Shown piece after piece: positions 12,491 to 25,452 of a stretch of DNA of 64,000 nucleotides. The position numbers and the translations under genes were made by a program. The notes under the pieces are model-generated. The model was not told where the DNA came from. It ran no database searches and was given only the letters and a program-made list of their open reading frames with translations. This DNA is from Octopus bimaculoides. Its lineage: Eukaryota. Each line of letters starts with the position of its first letter. Positions within the stretch are counted from its first letter, which is position 1. The DNA is taken from positions 47,640,928-47,704,927 of the forward strand of contig NC_068988.1 of assembly GCF_001194135.2 (NCBI RefSeq), in the 5' to 3' direction.

Positions 12491-13886
12491 CTAATTTTAT
12501 TATTTTCTCGTGCTTTTTCCCCAATATTTTTATATCAACTCCTTGCAATTTTTGGGGAATAGTAAATTCTCTAAATCCATCATTGAAGTTTTATCGTAGA
12601 CTCATCTTTAAGATGAAGAACTGTTGCATACATTCCTACAACTTTACTGTAGGCTATGTCAACGTAATTGATGCTTACAATATTACTAGACTTTGAACTT
12701 TTGACATTTGATTTATACGTCATTAGGCAGGTGCTTGTTTCTATTTGAGACTACTGTGTGTTATCTCTGTGCTTAATTTAGTTTAATGCTGCGTTGGAAG
12801 TGTTGATTCTATCATCAATCATCTATTTTTGTGGGGAATTCTGCCGAGTATAGATGTGTTATCTACTCACATTTTCTTTGTTTTATTTTGTGTGATATGG
12901 TATCATACTTTACAATTGCACCATGGAAATGAATGGTGAGTTGGCGCGATTGTCATACTTGTATGGCCAGTATAACCACTTCAGTCATGAAATCTACTGC
13001 TTTCACATTTGTAATTGAATTTATAAATGAAACACTGTAATCATTAATAGCTTGTTCAATGTTTTATAGCATTTTGTGTTGTGTTTTAATTGTAGTCATT
13101 TTGAAATATACTATCAGTATTAGTTAATGATCAGGTATAATAAATTTCCTATTCTATTTTATGTAGTTTTAATTATGTGATCATCTATTCCATAGCTAGT
13201 GTGCTTTTAAGTCATATAATACACTTTACGTGTGGCTTGTGTATTATTTAATAGGACACTATCTCGTACATTTACGTTGTTTTTTTAACTGTATTGTTTT
13301 ACAGCTTTGTCTGTAATTTTTTTCAGAATACCTATTCTTGATTAGAGTTTTGTTTCTTTCCTGATTTTTCACTTAGTGCTATGATTCTCAAGTGGAATCT
13401 AAATCTTTTCTTAGTAAGGATTTTATCATAAATATCTTGTGTTAGTATGTGCATTCACTATCTTCAAGGAAGTAAATGTATGAATTTATATGTATGGTAA
13501 AAGCAGACAACGTGCGTCTGTTATTTTCTATCTTGTTCTTTACGTCCAAAACTGGAGTTATTTTATTCCCAATAATTTTACTTGTTCTGTACAAAAATAC
13601 ATATCATCTCGATATTGCCATAAATAGCAGCAATATTTGCTTCAAATCTCTATATTAAACAATAAAAATACATATTGGATAACGTAGTCGTGAATAACCT
13701 TTAAATTAATGGGATCACAACCACCAGGTTACGGACTAGTGCCAGGCGACGGATCATTTGGTGCAGAGCCGCACAGAAAGAATAAACTTACAAAATTTAT
13801 TTCTTTTTATTGACTATCGCAGACTACTGAGTGTATTTGTGCATTGTATATGGATTGTATGTGATATGTACATACGTATAACATAT

Positions 13887-14257
13887 GTGTGGAAGCGCAA
13901 TGGTCCAGTGGTATGGGCAGCGGACTCGCGGTCATGGGATCGCGGTTTCAATTCCCAGACCGGGCGTTGTGAGTGTTTATTGAGCGAAAACACATAAAGC
14001 TCCATGTGGCTCCGGCAGGGAATGGTGACGAACCCTGCTGTACTTTTTCACCACAACTTTCTCTTACTCTGTTGTGCCTGTAATTCAAAGGGTCAGCCTT
14101 GTCACACTGCGTTACACTGAATCTCCCCGAGAACTACGTTAAGGGTACACGTGTCTGTGGAGTGCTCAGCCACTTGCACGTTAATTTCACGAGCAGGCTG
14201 TTCCGTTGATCGGATCAACTGGAACCCCCAACGTCGTAAGCGACGGAGTGCCAACAA
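13887..14257 (+). mobile_element. tRNA-derived SINE (family C), full length
   Basis: A-box TGGTCCAGTGG, B-box GGTTTCAATTCCC, (AAC)n tail; second copy in reverse at 45412-45806. Confidence 0.9.
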
Positions 14258-15520
14258 CATGTATGTAATAAGTAAATTATATATGATACAATTTATTGCG
14301 CTTTGTTATGCGCTTGATTCTCCGGTCCATAGAAAAATTGCCTAGCATGACACCAGTCTGATGTGCAAATGGTGGAATGATAATAGCTACATTATGTTTG
14401 ATTACAGATCTGATAGTAGACCCGTAACTAACCAACAATAACAACCATAATAAAAACAGCGACAAACAATGAGAGACCCTCTACTTGTTCACTCGACTTC
14501 TTAGTATTCTTCTAGAAATAAAATCTAACCATCTGAAAAGGGCATACATTGGATAATATATTTCCCAACGATCTAGAACAGTATAACGGATTGGTCAAGG
14601 TTAGAATGTCATTGTTCATAGGTCTATTCGATCCGGAAAGACGTGGTTTTAAACAACAACAACGACAACAATGACAGCGACATTTATAACAGCTACAAAA
14701 GCAATCGTTATGACAGCAAACCAGTGACAGCTAACAACAGCAACATTTATAACAATAACCGCAACAAGAACACAGCAATAACAGCTATGACAACAAAACA
14801 ATAACAACAACACTTTTAACAATATGAGCGACGAAGAGAGTAAAAGCAAATCAACAAGAAGCACAACAACAGCAACACCAAGAACAACAATGGTGGCAAC
14901 AAAACAATTTTCTTTCACACTTTTCTTTGTCGTTCTTATTGAAAATGCATCACTTTTATTTCTTCCCATTAAAACCTCAATTTAATAGGCAAACAGCACT
15001 CAGTCTGTTTGGTTTAATTCAAGATCCAGACGCAAATAATAACTTAATCACACACACAGAAACACACACAGAAACACACACACACACGCATGCACACAGA
15101 GACAAACACACGCATACATAATACATCATTACGTACATACACACAAACATATATACGTATACACAGACATAAACAGCGCACGAGTTGAATTATAACTCGC
15201 TCATGTCACTTTTCATAAAAATATATTAACATTTTGTAAAAGACTTTTGTCTTTGTTGTATTTTTCGAGATATATTTACGTGTAAATGTATGTGCGTGTG
15301 AGAGTGTGTGCGCGCGCACACACACACGCACACTCACGCACACACGCACACACAGAGAATTATTGTACATTGTACATTGTATCAATCTTTCTATCTTTTT
15401 ATCTATTTAATACAGACACAAACAAATATATCTACATGCATGCGTATTTGACATACACATATATACATACATACATACATACAAACATACATACATACAT
15501 ATATACATACATACAAACAA

Positions 15521-15552
<32 letters not shown>

Positions 15553-16754
15553 GTGTGTGTGTCTGTGTGCGTGTAGACATGCATGTGCGTGTGTATAATA
15601 ATGTCCATGCGTATAATATATATACATATGTACAACTAGTTCTATGAGGACGGGATTTGGCTGTGTATTTTGTTGCTATTTTATGTCCCATGTTTTCCTG
15701 CAATTTTCAAAATACTTTTTGGCTTCTTTGTTATTGTCTGATTTTAATTTAGTTATTTTCTGGTAAATTTTATATTTTATCCTTAGGTGTTTTTATTTGT
15801 ATAATTCCGTTTTCTTCACCCACGATGTCTGTTAATTCTTCAACTAAACGTAATCATTGGAGACAACAAATTTCTCTTCTTTTCCTTTTTAATTTTAAAT
15901 TATCATATTTTTTAAAATAATCTATTTGTTTTTCATATTTCAAAAACTTTCTCTCGCTTGTTTTCCAACATTATTTGCGCACGCGTGTACGTGTTTGTGT
16001 GTGTCAATGTCTTGTAGATGTGAGTGTATGTATATGATTGTATGTCTGTGAGTGTATTTATGTGGGTTCATCATAAATCAGGTTTATTCTGGATATTTTT
16101 AATTTTGTAAAAGTATAGAAAAATACATATATAAGTAACTTGAGTGACGGGATAGTTTGCATTTCAGAAGAGCTTACTGACCACAATATATCCTCGCCTC
16201 CTTTGTTAAGTATTTACTTTAAGCTATCGGTTGATTGTATTACAGAAGAAATGAATTTCCTTGTTATTCTATGAACCTTAAAGGTAAATTAATACTCAAG
16301 TGATACTAAACGTAAATTAATACTCTCATAGCTTGTGTTATGCCCAACAGGGAAGCTGGACTCAGCATTCATTTAATTACGCCGCAGAAATGCTAAAGTG
16401 ATCGAAAAAGAAAACATGGAAGGAGTATGTTTGTATGTGAGCAATCGCGTATCTGTGTTTATGCCTGTGTCTGTCACTCACCACTTAACAACGCTCTGTT
16501 GATTTCTTTACATCCTCGTAACATGTCGGTTCGTCAGAAAGATATTGAGAGAGTAAATATCGGACTTAAAGAAAGAATATGTACTGGAATTGATTTGATC
16601 CACTAAACATTTCAAGAGTGTGCACCAGCATAACTGCAGTCCAAACATTGAAAAAGAGTAAAAGAGAAATATCACAAAATTTGCTTGTGTCCATTGCATT
16701 TTATTGTCAATTTTTCTAAAATACATTCTATCTTTAATTAGAATCGTGAAGACA

Positions 16755-16997
16755 CGTGATTAAACGGTTAGGGTGTTGGACATGTGAGTGTAAGATTATG
16801 GTTTTGATTCCTAGACCAGGCAACGTGTTGTGTACTTGAGGAAAACACTTCATTTCATGTTGCTCCAGTTCACTCAGCTGGCAAAAAGGAATAAACGTGT
16901 GACGGATCGGCGTCCCGTCCAGGAGGGGAATCTATACACCATGACAACAGGGAAACCAACCATTATGAGTCTGTATGACGCGGGAAGGAACTTCACA
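16755..16997 (+). mobile_element. tRNA-derived CORE-like SINE
   Basis: Head similar to family C (GGTTAGGGTG..GGTTTTGATTCCTAGACC), then the CORE-like block TGTACTTGAGGAAAACACTTCATTTCATGTTGCTCCAGTTCACTCAGCTG. Confidence 0.65.
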
Positions 16998-17358
16998 TTT
17001 ATTTTACTAATTGGTTTCAAAATAAGGGATAACAAACATACAAATATAACGATGACATAAAACACGTAATGACAAGATAGAATAGCACAAGCACCTGATT
17101 TGTAGGGGTCTTTACTAGACTCCTGTCTTACAAGCATGTAGACATAGTATCGGATTCTGTATACCTTCCTCACAGCAATGCTGAAGACTTAATCTTTTCT
17201 CGTTTATTTGTTTCAGTCATTAGACTCTGCCATACCAGAACAACACCTTAAAGAGTTTATTTTCGTGGTCAAACCAGATACTTCTCTTACCGATCGCTTT
17301 AACTGAACTGCTAATTTACGGAGACAAACAAAACAAATACCGTTGTCAAGCAAGAATG

Positions 17359-17419
<61 letters not shown>

Positions 17420-17903
17420 NNNNNNNNNNNNNNNNNNNNNNNNNNNNNNNNNNNNNNNNNNNNNNNNNNNNNNNNNNNNNNNNNNNNNNNNNNNNNNNNN
17501 NNNNNNNNNNNNNNNNNNNNNNNNNNNNNNNNNNNNNNNNNNNNNNNNNNNNNNNNNNNNNNNNNNNNNNNNNNNNNNNNNNNNNNNNNNNNNNNNNNNN
17601 NNNNNNNNNNNNNNNNNNNNNNNNNNNNNNNNNNNNNNNNNNNNNNNNNNNNNNNNNNNNNNNNNNNNNNNNNNNNNNNNNNNNNNNNNNNNNNNNNNNN
17701 NNNNNNNNNNNNNNNNNNNNNNNNNNNNNNNNNNNNNNNNNNNNNNNNNNNNNNNNNNNNNNNNNNNNNNNNNNNNNNNNNNNNNNNNNNNNNNNNNNNN
17801 NNNNNNNNNNNNNNNNNNNNNNNNNNNNNNNNNNNNNNNNNNNNNNNNNNNNNNNNNNNNNNNNNNNNNNNNNNNNNNNNNNNNNNNNNNNNNNNNNNNN
17901 NNN

Positions 17904-17941
<38 letters not shown>

Positions 17942-18424
17942 CATGTATGTATTATATGTGTGTGTGACTGTGTTTGTCCCCCCACCATCGCATGACAACC
18001 AATGTTGGTGTCTTTACGGGATCTACATTTTTCATTCGCAAAATATGCATCTTTTAAAACATCTGAAAATCGGCTATAATAATGTAGCCTTCCAGTCTCA
18101 TTGCTTTGAAGGTTTGATGTTGTGGAGAAAACAAATAGAGAAAAATGTTACAGAGGTTTAAAAATCGAAAAAATTGTGTATGTTTTAGCCAATATCGAGA
18201 CAGAAATTTTCTGTGTTTCTCTGTTCGACGATATCCCTCTCAGTTCTTGTTACGTGGGATAAAATTCAGTTAAGCTGCTGAAATGTGAAGCTAAAGGTTT
18301 AAGAAATACCCCTAATTTAAGTTTTTCTGAATAGAATTAACCTAGTGAAATCATAAATCCAGCTATCTAATACTAACACACAGCACGAACACAGTCAAAT
18401 GACTGAAAAAAAATGTCTAAAAGA

Positions 18425-18503
<79 letters not shown>

Positions 18504-20375
18504 CATACATAATCACACATATGTTTAGGATGGTCTTCTTCATAGTTTCCATCTACAAAAACATTACATCATAAGGTACTGATCTACCAGTGGCTATAGT
18601 AGATGACACCCTAGGTGCCATGCAGGGAATGTAAAGCCGAAATCATATTGCTGCAAAGCGAACTTTTAAATCACGCACTCGTGCTTGGTAAAAGTTATAA
18701 CTGATGGCCCTACTCTGTGTAAGCCACTAAAATCAAACAGAGCGTTAGCAAACACGTCGGGAGCCTTTACGCATTAGTTTTATCGGCTAGAAATAGTAAT
18801 AAAATCCCCTTGAAAACTTTTCTGAGAGAGACACAAACGATAACAAATATACTTCTACCTATCTTGTCTGTAATAGTAGCAGGATGGTCACAGTTGGAAT
18901 GTCTCTGATTATAGAATTGCTTATTCAGAGCTCACCTGTGGTTAAATAATTGTAATAACAGCGGTAGAGTCATTTCTGTCAATGCTAAATATGTCTCGCT
19001 AGTGGTGAATAGATACTTTTCAATGAAACAAATGAAGTTGAAATGTGAAACTGCTGTTTCGCTGTTCATGAAAACCTTACAACCACTTAGCCAGACTTAA
19101 AGAACATTTTTCTATTATCTTAAATGTCTCTATTGAGACATAGTGAGTGATGGTAATATTTAAAAATTTGGCAGCTTCTGAATAAAACAATTTCTGATTC
19201 TATAAATTTGTAAAACTGAGATTTAGCAATCATTGTTTGCAAAGCTTTCCCTTATCGGTAGCTGAATAAACTTGGAAATATTGAAAAACTAATGAAAAGG
19301 AGAGGTTTACGAAAGATAAATTCCATCTTTGTCTGCAATATTATTCTACTCGGAAGCTTTTCCTGCTTTGTACATGTGTGTATGTGTGTGCATGTGTATA
19401 CGTGTGCGTGTGTATGTATGAGCGTGTGTGTGTGTTTGTGTGTGAACATGTGTGTTTGTGTGTATTTTGCTATCGATAGAATATTTGAGTGGAATGAAAA
19501 GCCGATGAATAAAAACCGCATTGTTTCTGAAAATCCGATGGATTATTGTTAATTTATCATATAGTTGCCTAACAACAACAATAACAACAACAGCAACAAC
19601 AAAAGCTGCAACAAGCACAATAGAAACAATAATAACGACAATGACAACAAACAATAATGACTTCAACAATTGCAGCATCAAGAAGAAGAACATCAACAAT
19701 ATATCCGTAGACATCTCCTACAAAAACCCATCAATACCATCAACCGTGAAAATATTGAAGATAACTGCTGCGGCAGTACCAAAAGAAGTTGTTCATTTCA
19801 ATGGGGAAACTGAAAACAGTCGGTGAAACTAGGCATTCATTATATGCAATAGTGAAAGATTTTCAATTCCATTCAATTGTTACTGAGAGAAGAGGAATTG
19901 ATGTAGTTGAAAATGTCTTTTAAAGACAAATATCATTATTTCTTCTGTGAAAATAAGAAGGAAAAAAATACGAATCAACAGTGATTGATAACTCAGCAAT
20001 TCAGGAATGTGAAGTAGGATTAAGAATAAACGTTTTCACCATCTAACTTTAAAATGACCGGCTGCAGACAATTTTTAAATAAGCAGTATTAACTAGAATA
20101 CGCCAGCATAACAAATGATATACAGGCAGAGCCAATCTCACATAAACACCGTGTATGAACTCTAAGGAATTTACAAGTATTTATATGGGAAATTGGGACA
20201 TACCAAAGAAATAATGCAGCAAAGGAAATGTTAAATTGACTATCTTCAGTTGTGATAACAAACAGAAAGCTAAAATCAAAACCAACAGTCTCCCGGTCTT
20301 ATACATACATACATACATACTATATACATATATTCATACATATATATGCATATATACATATATATATGCATATAT

Positions 20376-20423
<48 letters not shown>

Positions 20424-21008
20424 NNNNNNNNNNNNNNNNNNNNNNNNNNNNNNNNNNNNNNNNNNNNNNNNNNNNNNNNNNNNNNNNNNNNNNNNNNNNN
20501 NNNNNNNNNNNNNNNNNNNNNNNNNNNNNNNNNNNNNNNNNNNNNNNNNNNNNNNNNNNNNNNNNNNNNNNNNNNNNNNNNNNNNNNNNNNNNNNNNNNN
20601 NNNNNNNNNNNNNNNNNNNNNNNNNNNNNNNNNNNNNNNNNNNNNNNNNNNNNNNNNNNNNNNNNNNNNNNNNNNNNNNNNNNNNNNNNNNNNNNNNNNN
20701 NNNNNNNNNNNNNNNNNNNNNNNNNNNNNNNNNNNNNNNNNNNNNNNNNNNNNNNNNNNNNNNNNNNNNNNNNNNNNNNNNNNNNNNNNNNNNNNNNNNN
20801 NNNNNNNNNNNNNNNNNNNNNNNNNNNNNNNNNNNNNNNNNNNNNNNNNNNNNNNNNNNNNNNNNNNNNNNNNNNNNNNNNNNNNNNNNNNNNNNNNNNN
20901 NNNNNNNNNNNNTAACACCAAATATACAGTGCGTGTGTTTTTATTGGCTAAACTGGCAACATGACCATCCCCAAGTACAACAATATATATATATATATAT
21001 ATATACAT

Positions 21009-21047
<39 letters not shown>

Positions 21048-21126
21048 AACACATGTATAGATAGATATGCATACATGTATATACATTTATGCAAGTATAT
21101 ATATATATAAATATATATGTATATAC

Positions 21127-21159
<33 letters not shown>

Positions 21160-21522
21160 CGCGCGCGCGTGTGTGTGTGCATCGTTGTTATTATGCAAAA
21201 GAGTCGTATGTCCGAAACGATGCTTTCTCAGAAAACGAAAAAATATTTTCACTATTCCATTTCTGTTTACATTAGCAACGGTTTCAGCTTAACAATCATA
21301 CTTTATTCTGTATATAAAATCGTAACTCCATGCATATATGATATTTTCAATCAGAAATATTTTTCGCAAAACTGTTGTAAGTGGGACTTACTAAACTTGG
21401 CATCTGAAGCATCTGGAAATAAAATAGTTTAACCAAGATATCCAGCTATTGCAAACAAAATTAAATATTGAAAAGAAACGCTTTGGCCAAATTTGGACAT
21501 ACGACAGTTTAACATAACAACG

Positions 21523-21572
<50 letters not shown>

Positions 21573-21761
21573 ATTTCCCAACATAACGTAGCAGTCCTGC
21601 ACAGTATTATGCTACTACTTTTTAACCCATGGAAAACATCTTTTCCAGATGGTTTATCGACACATGGTCTCTGTCCGAGATTATAATGTAAATAACGGAG
21701 CCTACCACTCCCTTCTAGCCGTTGGAAATATCAGCAGACCAATGGTTTCTGGGTATAGATT

Positions 21762-21944
21762 GGTCACAAATGTTGGTAAAAGAACAGTACTTTCGGGGAG
21801 GGCATAAATCGGTTACATCGACAGGTACTTATTTATCGACTCCGAAAGGATGATATGCAAAGCTGACCTTGGCGGAATTTGAACTCAGTCCGTAAAGACA
21901 AATTAAATGCCGTCGTGGTAGCGATTCTGCCAGCTCGCCACCTT
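21762..21944 (-). mobile_element. SINE family A copy
   Basis: Reverse complement of GGTGGCGAGCTGGCAGAATCG..CTGAGTTCAAATTCCGCC; homologous to 30214-30407. Confidence 0.85.
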
Positions 21945-22448
21945 AAATTTATATATATCTATATTGATGATTGCTTTAGCTCGCTATCTTAAATTTACAT
22001 ATATCTATATTGATGATTGTTTTTATATTATGTTATAATGAAAACAAAATTACAATAAACTGAAGGATTACACAATACTTTTAGGAGGGTACATAGTATC
22101 TATTATTCTTTAACAATGATATAATAAAGTTATTGACAGTAACTTCAAAATTTCGGCATAGAGAGCTGTTATCATATTACATCATCGTACGTTAAAAATA
22201 TATCTATATAATTCCATCTGATGACGTAATGTAATAGGTATGTACAATAAATCCTCGTGTTGATTTACCACTAAAACTCCGACTTGAACAGCGATTAAAA
22301 CAAACATTTTTCTTAATCCCTTATTTACTCTAACAAGTCTGCAATTATGTTTCAATTAAAAATTATATGCTCTAAAGGGATACCACATGTTTTGCTTCAT
22401 TCTTTGTTTCTGACATACATACATACATACATACAAACATACATACAG

Positions 22449-22924
22449 ATCAGTGAAAATGAGAATATCTTCGCTAAACTATTGAGAAATCTGCAGTTAC
22501 TCTATCCAGACTACAAGTTCAGGTTTATACCTATAATTTTTGGCGCACTGGAATATTTAAAACATTACCTAAATACCAATCTTGAGAAATTGGGCTTCTC
22601 AAAACCAGAAAGGAGAAAGCTAATGCGAAGACTGCATATCTAAGCCATCACTGGAACAAGAAAAAATCTGTAAAACTTTCCAGAAGTTTATCATTTAAAT
22701 ATATATGAGCATGTCTAGATATGTAACTATATGCACGAGAATACATACATAAAAATAACATACAGATTTGCGCATATACTTACATACATACAAACATACA
22801 AACAAAAGTACCCTGTTGTTGATGAAATTCCAATGAAGAAACTTTGGATCTAGATTAGAAATCGGCTTTTTGGGGGGCAAGAAATCTTGAAATAAAACTG
22901 AATAATGACATACATACATACATA
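22449..22924 (+). mobile_element. 5'-truncated RLE-type non-LTR retrotransposon 3' end, embedded in (CATA)n
   Basis: ENENIFAKLLRNLQLLYPDYKFRFIPIIFGALEYLK..KLMRRLHI*AITGT resembles the PxxIGALG..LQ..GT C-terminus of RLE ORFs. Followed by a 3' UTR, AATAAA and (CATA)n. Confidence 0.7.
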
Positions 22925-23488
22925 TATGTTACAGGTTAATTGTGTCATACTCAATAAAATATGCCACAACATTTTAAATGCAGTTTTAGTGGGAAAAGAA
23001 ACTGAAAACCTAGCGGTATTTCTTAGCAACTATCAAAAGAGAAGGGAGATATTTTCAAAGAATTAAGAGTTATTTCACACACACACACACAGCTAGAATG
23101 TTCATGACAGTAACAGACATGTTTCAGTCATACTAAACTTTTGTCATCAAAGTAAAGCCTATTCAAACCTATTTCGTTCAGTTTTCATAAATTCTGAAAC
23201 TAAAACCAAGGGCACGAAATATTTTGATCAGTATATATAATTACGAAAAATTAAGAAACAAAAGGCAAATCTTACTATTTCATTCACAGTTACTTACAAT
23301 TTTTATTGAGGACATCGCCATCTATCTTAAAACGAATTATTTCTCTTCGTTTGGTTTTTGTTCAAATCTAGTTGTTGATGTATTGTTTTGCAAGTGCAAT
23401 TTATCAAGTGTAGGAAGAAATGTTTATAACTATTCATATGATTATTAAAAATATATGTAATACATACATACATACGTACACACATACA

Positions 23489-23688
23489 CGAGAAGGTTCT
23501 GAAAGTTCCTGGCTTCGAATAACAGAAAATACAGTATCATTTGATTACTATTTTATTCAACATAGTCCCTTTTCAGATTCAAAAACTTATAGGAGTGGTC
23601 CTTCAGTTTTTCTAAGCCCTGTAAAAGAACTCAGAAGGCTAGGATTCAAACCATGACTTTCGTGTCAGAAACTTTTCAGCACCCTTCG
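23489..23688 (-). mobile_element. Mariner-derived MITE (about 200 bp)
   Basis: Imperfect TIRs (CGAGAAGGTTCTGAAAGTTCC / GAAACTTTTCAGCACCCTTCG-TA). Interior encodes a mariner C-terminus LEKLKDHSYKFLNLKRDYVE* on the minus strand. Confidence 0.8.
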
Positions 23689-23712
23689 TATACATACTTA
23701 TATATATGTATG

Positions 23713-23757
<45 letters not shown>

Positions 23758-24009
23758 ACATATATATATATATATATATATATCTTATGGATGTGTGTCT
23801 GACGTCTGGATGAGTGTATGCAAGTGAACATCAATTGGTATTAAGCATTAGATGTGCCAGCCAAACAGAAATAAAACAGGAAGGGATTCAATCCTATCAT
23901 CACACGATATGTTACTATATTTATTGTCAAATCATGTTTCTTTTTGCTAAAGATTTTCTCTCACTAAAGGTACAATAAAAAATGCCTTATAAAATACATA
24001 TATATTCCC

Positions 24010-24500
24010 ATCCTCAATTACCCAATAGACTAGAACACTCTATCAGATCTTCTAAAGGTGTCATGCTTAACAAAACCATCTATAACCACAACTATGGCGA
24101 TAGATGTAACTCTACCACCACTTCTTGTTGAGCCTTAAACTCCGAATGTATATCAAAGAATGTAGTCTACCAATGCAAAATCCAAACTGCCAATTCGACA
24201 AAAATGTCCATCCATCAGACAGCAAACAACGTCAAAATTCGATAGAACTGTCACACAATTACATTCAGGCATGAATCAAGTCGTAAGACGACATCACACT
24301 TTACATAAGTCTGGAATTTAAAGCACAGGAATACTCCCTATAATTTATATTGGAAAATTATTACGATTGCTATTACCAGAGCTGATTCTTCTACTGAGAA
24401 CTGACAAAATTTAGTAACAACCAGTCAGAAGCATTCGAAGTTCTGTATCTTAAAAGTCACTCTGCTAAATAAACAATGAAAATTTATTTTCATATACATG
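24010..24500 (+). pseudogene. Penelope-like element C-terminal GIY-YIG endonuclease remnant
   Basis: Single frame from 24105: CNSTTTSC*ALNSECISKNVVYQCKIQTANSTKMSIHQTANNVKIR*NCHTITFRHESSRKTTSHFT*VWNLKHRNTPYNLYWKII..*QNL..LLNKQ. Matches the CxC..CPL..C..VVY..YIGxT..KxRY..H..F..T..WxLK..W pattern of C-terminal-EN PLEs. Confidence 0.8.
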
Positions 24501-25022
24501 ATCTTCAGAAATTTTGAACATTCAAGTTTGGAAGTACCCATTGTTACGATCAGACAAATTAATAATGTAAGAAAAAGGGGTAAACTTCTGATCGCAACAA
24601 CAAAGTGTTCAAACAGGGAAGTAAATGTTCATATATGGAGATTATGTCCAGTCTCAATGGTTTGAAGGTAGGTGGTGAATGGTCCGACTCGTTCTGGTTC
24701 TATCCGTGCCAAGCTCCAGCTGTCTTCCCCCACTCCCCTTTTTAACAGGAAGTACGAGATTACCTGCCTTGCTCGTTAACAGGAAGTGAACGAGGTTACC
24801 TGTCTCGTACTATGCTAACTTCTTGTATATATATTTGGTTATTCATACCGACGTTGTTTATCTTCTGCCAAACGGTCGTTGACAAACGTTTATCTCGCCA
24901 CCTTCGGAAAATATAGGGTAAGTTCTCACCCTTCATTATCTTATAGGTATACACAACACCATAACAAGAACATCTCTACCATACTGAAATCATAATTTAA
25001 GCACCTTTAAATTACAAATATA

Positions 25023-25225
25023 CGAGTGGGTACTGTAAAGTTCTTGGCTTTGGATAAAAAAAAATACAGGAGGATCAGTTAATGACAATTTTATAGAACA
25101 TTCCCCATTCAGATTCATACACTTATTGCAACAGTTCTTCGGGTTTTCTAAGCTCTGTAAAAGAACTCAGAAGGTTGGGTTTCCACCATGCCTGCGATAC
25201 CCAAGAACTTATCAGCACCATCTCG
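25023..25225 (-). mobile_element. Mariner-derived MITE, second copy of the 23489 family
   Basis: TA-CGAGTGGGTACTGTAAAGTTC...GAACTTATCAGCACCATCTCG-TA; interior colinear with 23489-23688. Confidence 0.8.
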
Positions 25226-25452
25226 TATGTTCCCATATTTGCACTACCAATGCTTCTGTCATACCTAGAATTTTACTCATTTACTATCTATCCCCTGTAT
25301 TTTTATTCCGTGTCAATTTTACACACAAAGGTTTTCTCAATTTATCTGTAAGTTATCATATTTCGAAACCACGAACACACGCACTACTCTTTTTATCCTA
25401 GATTTTTTTGGTTATTAGGTTTTCTTCCTCTCTTCACTTATATATATATATT

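Noticed and set aside
13887-13960. tRNA-like A/B boxes (also 30214, 31342)
   Set aside because: No cloverleaf, and they continue into dispersed repeat bodies, so they are SINE heads rather than tRNA genes.
21930-22022. About 47-bp tandem duplication
   Set aside because: Local slippage that copied a SINE 5' junction; no sign of function.
22216-22260. CTGATGA followed by AATAAA, possible hammerhead relic
   Set aside because: No GAAA half and no convincing stem II.
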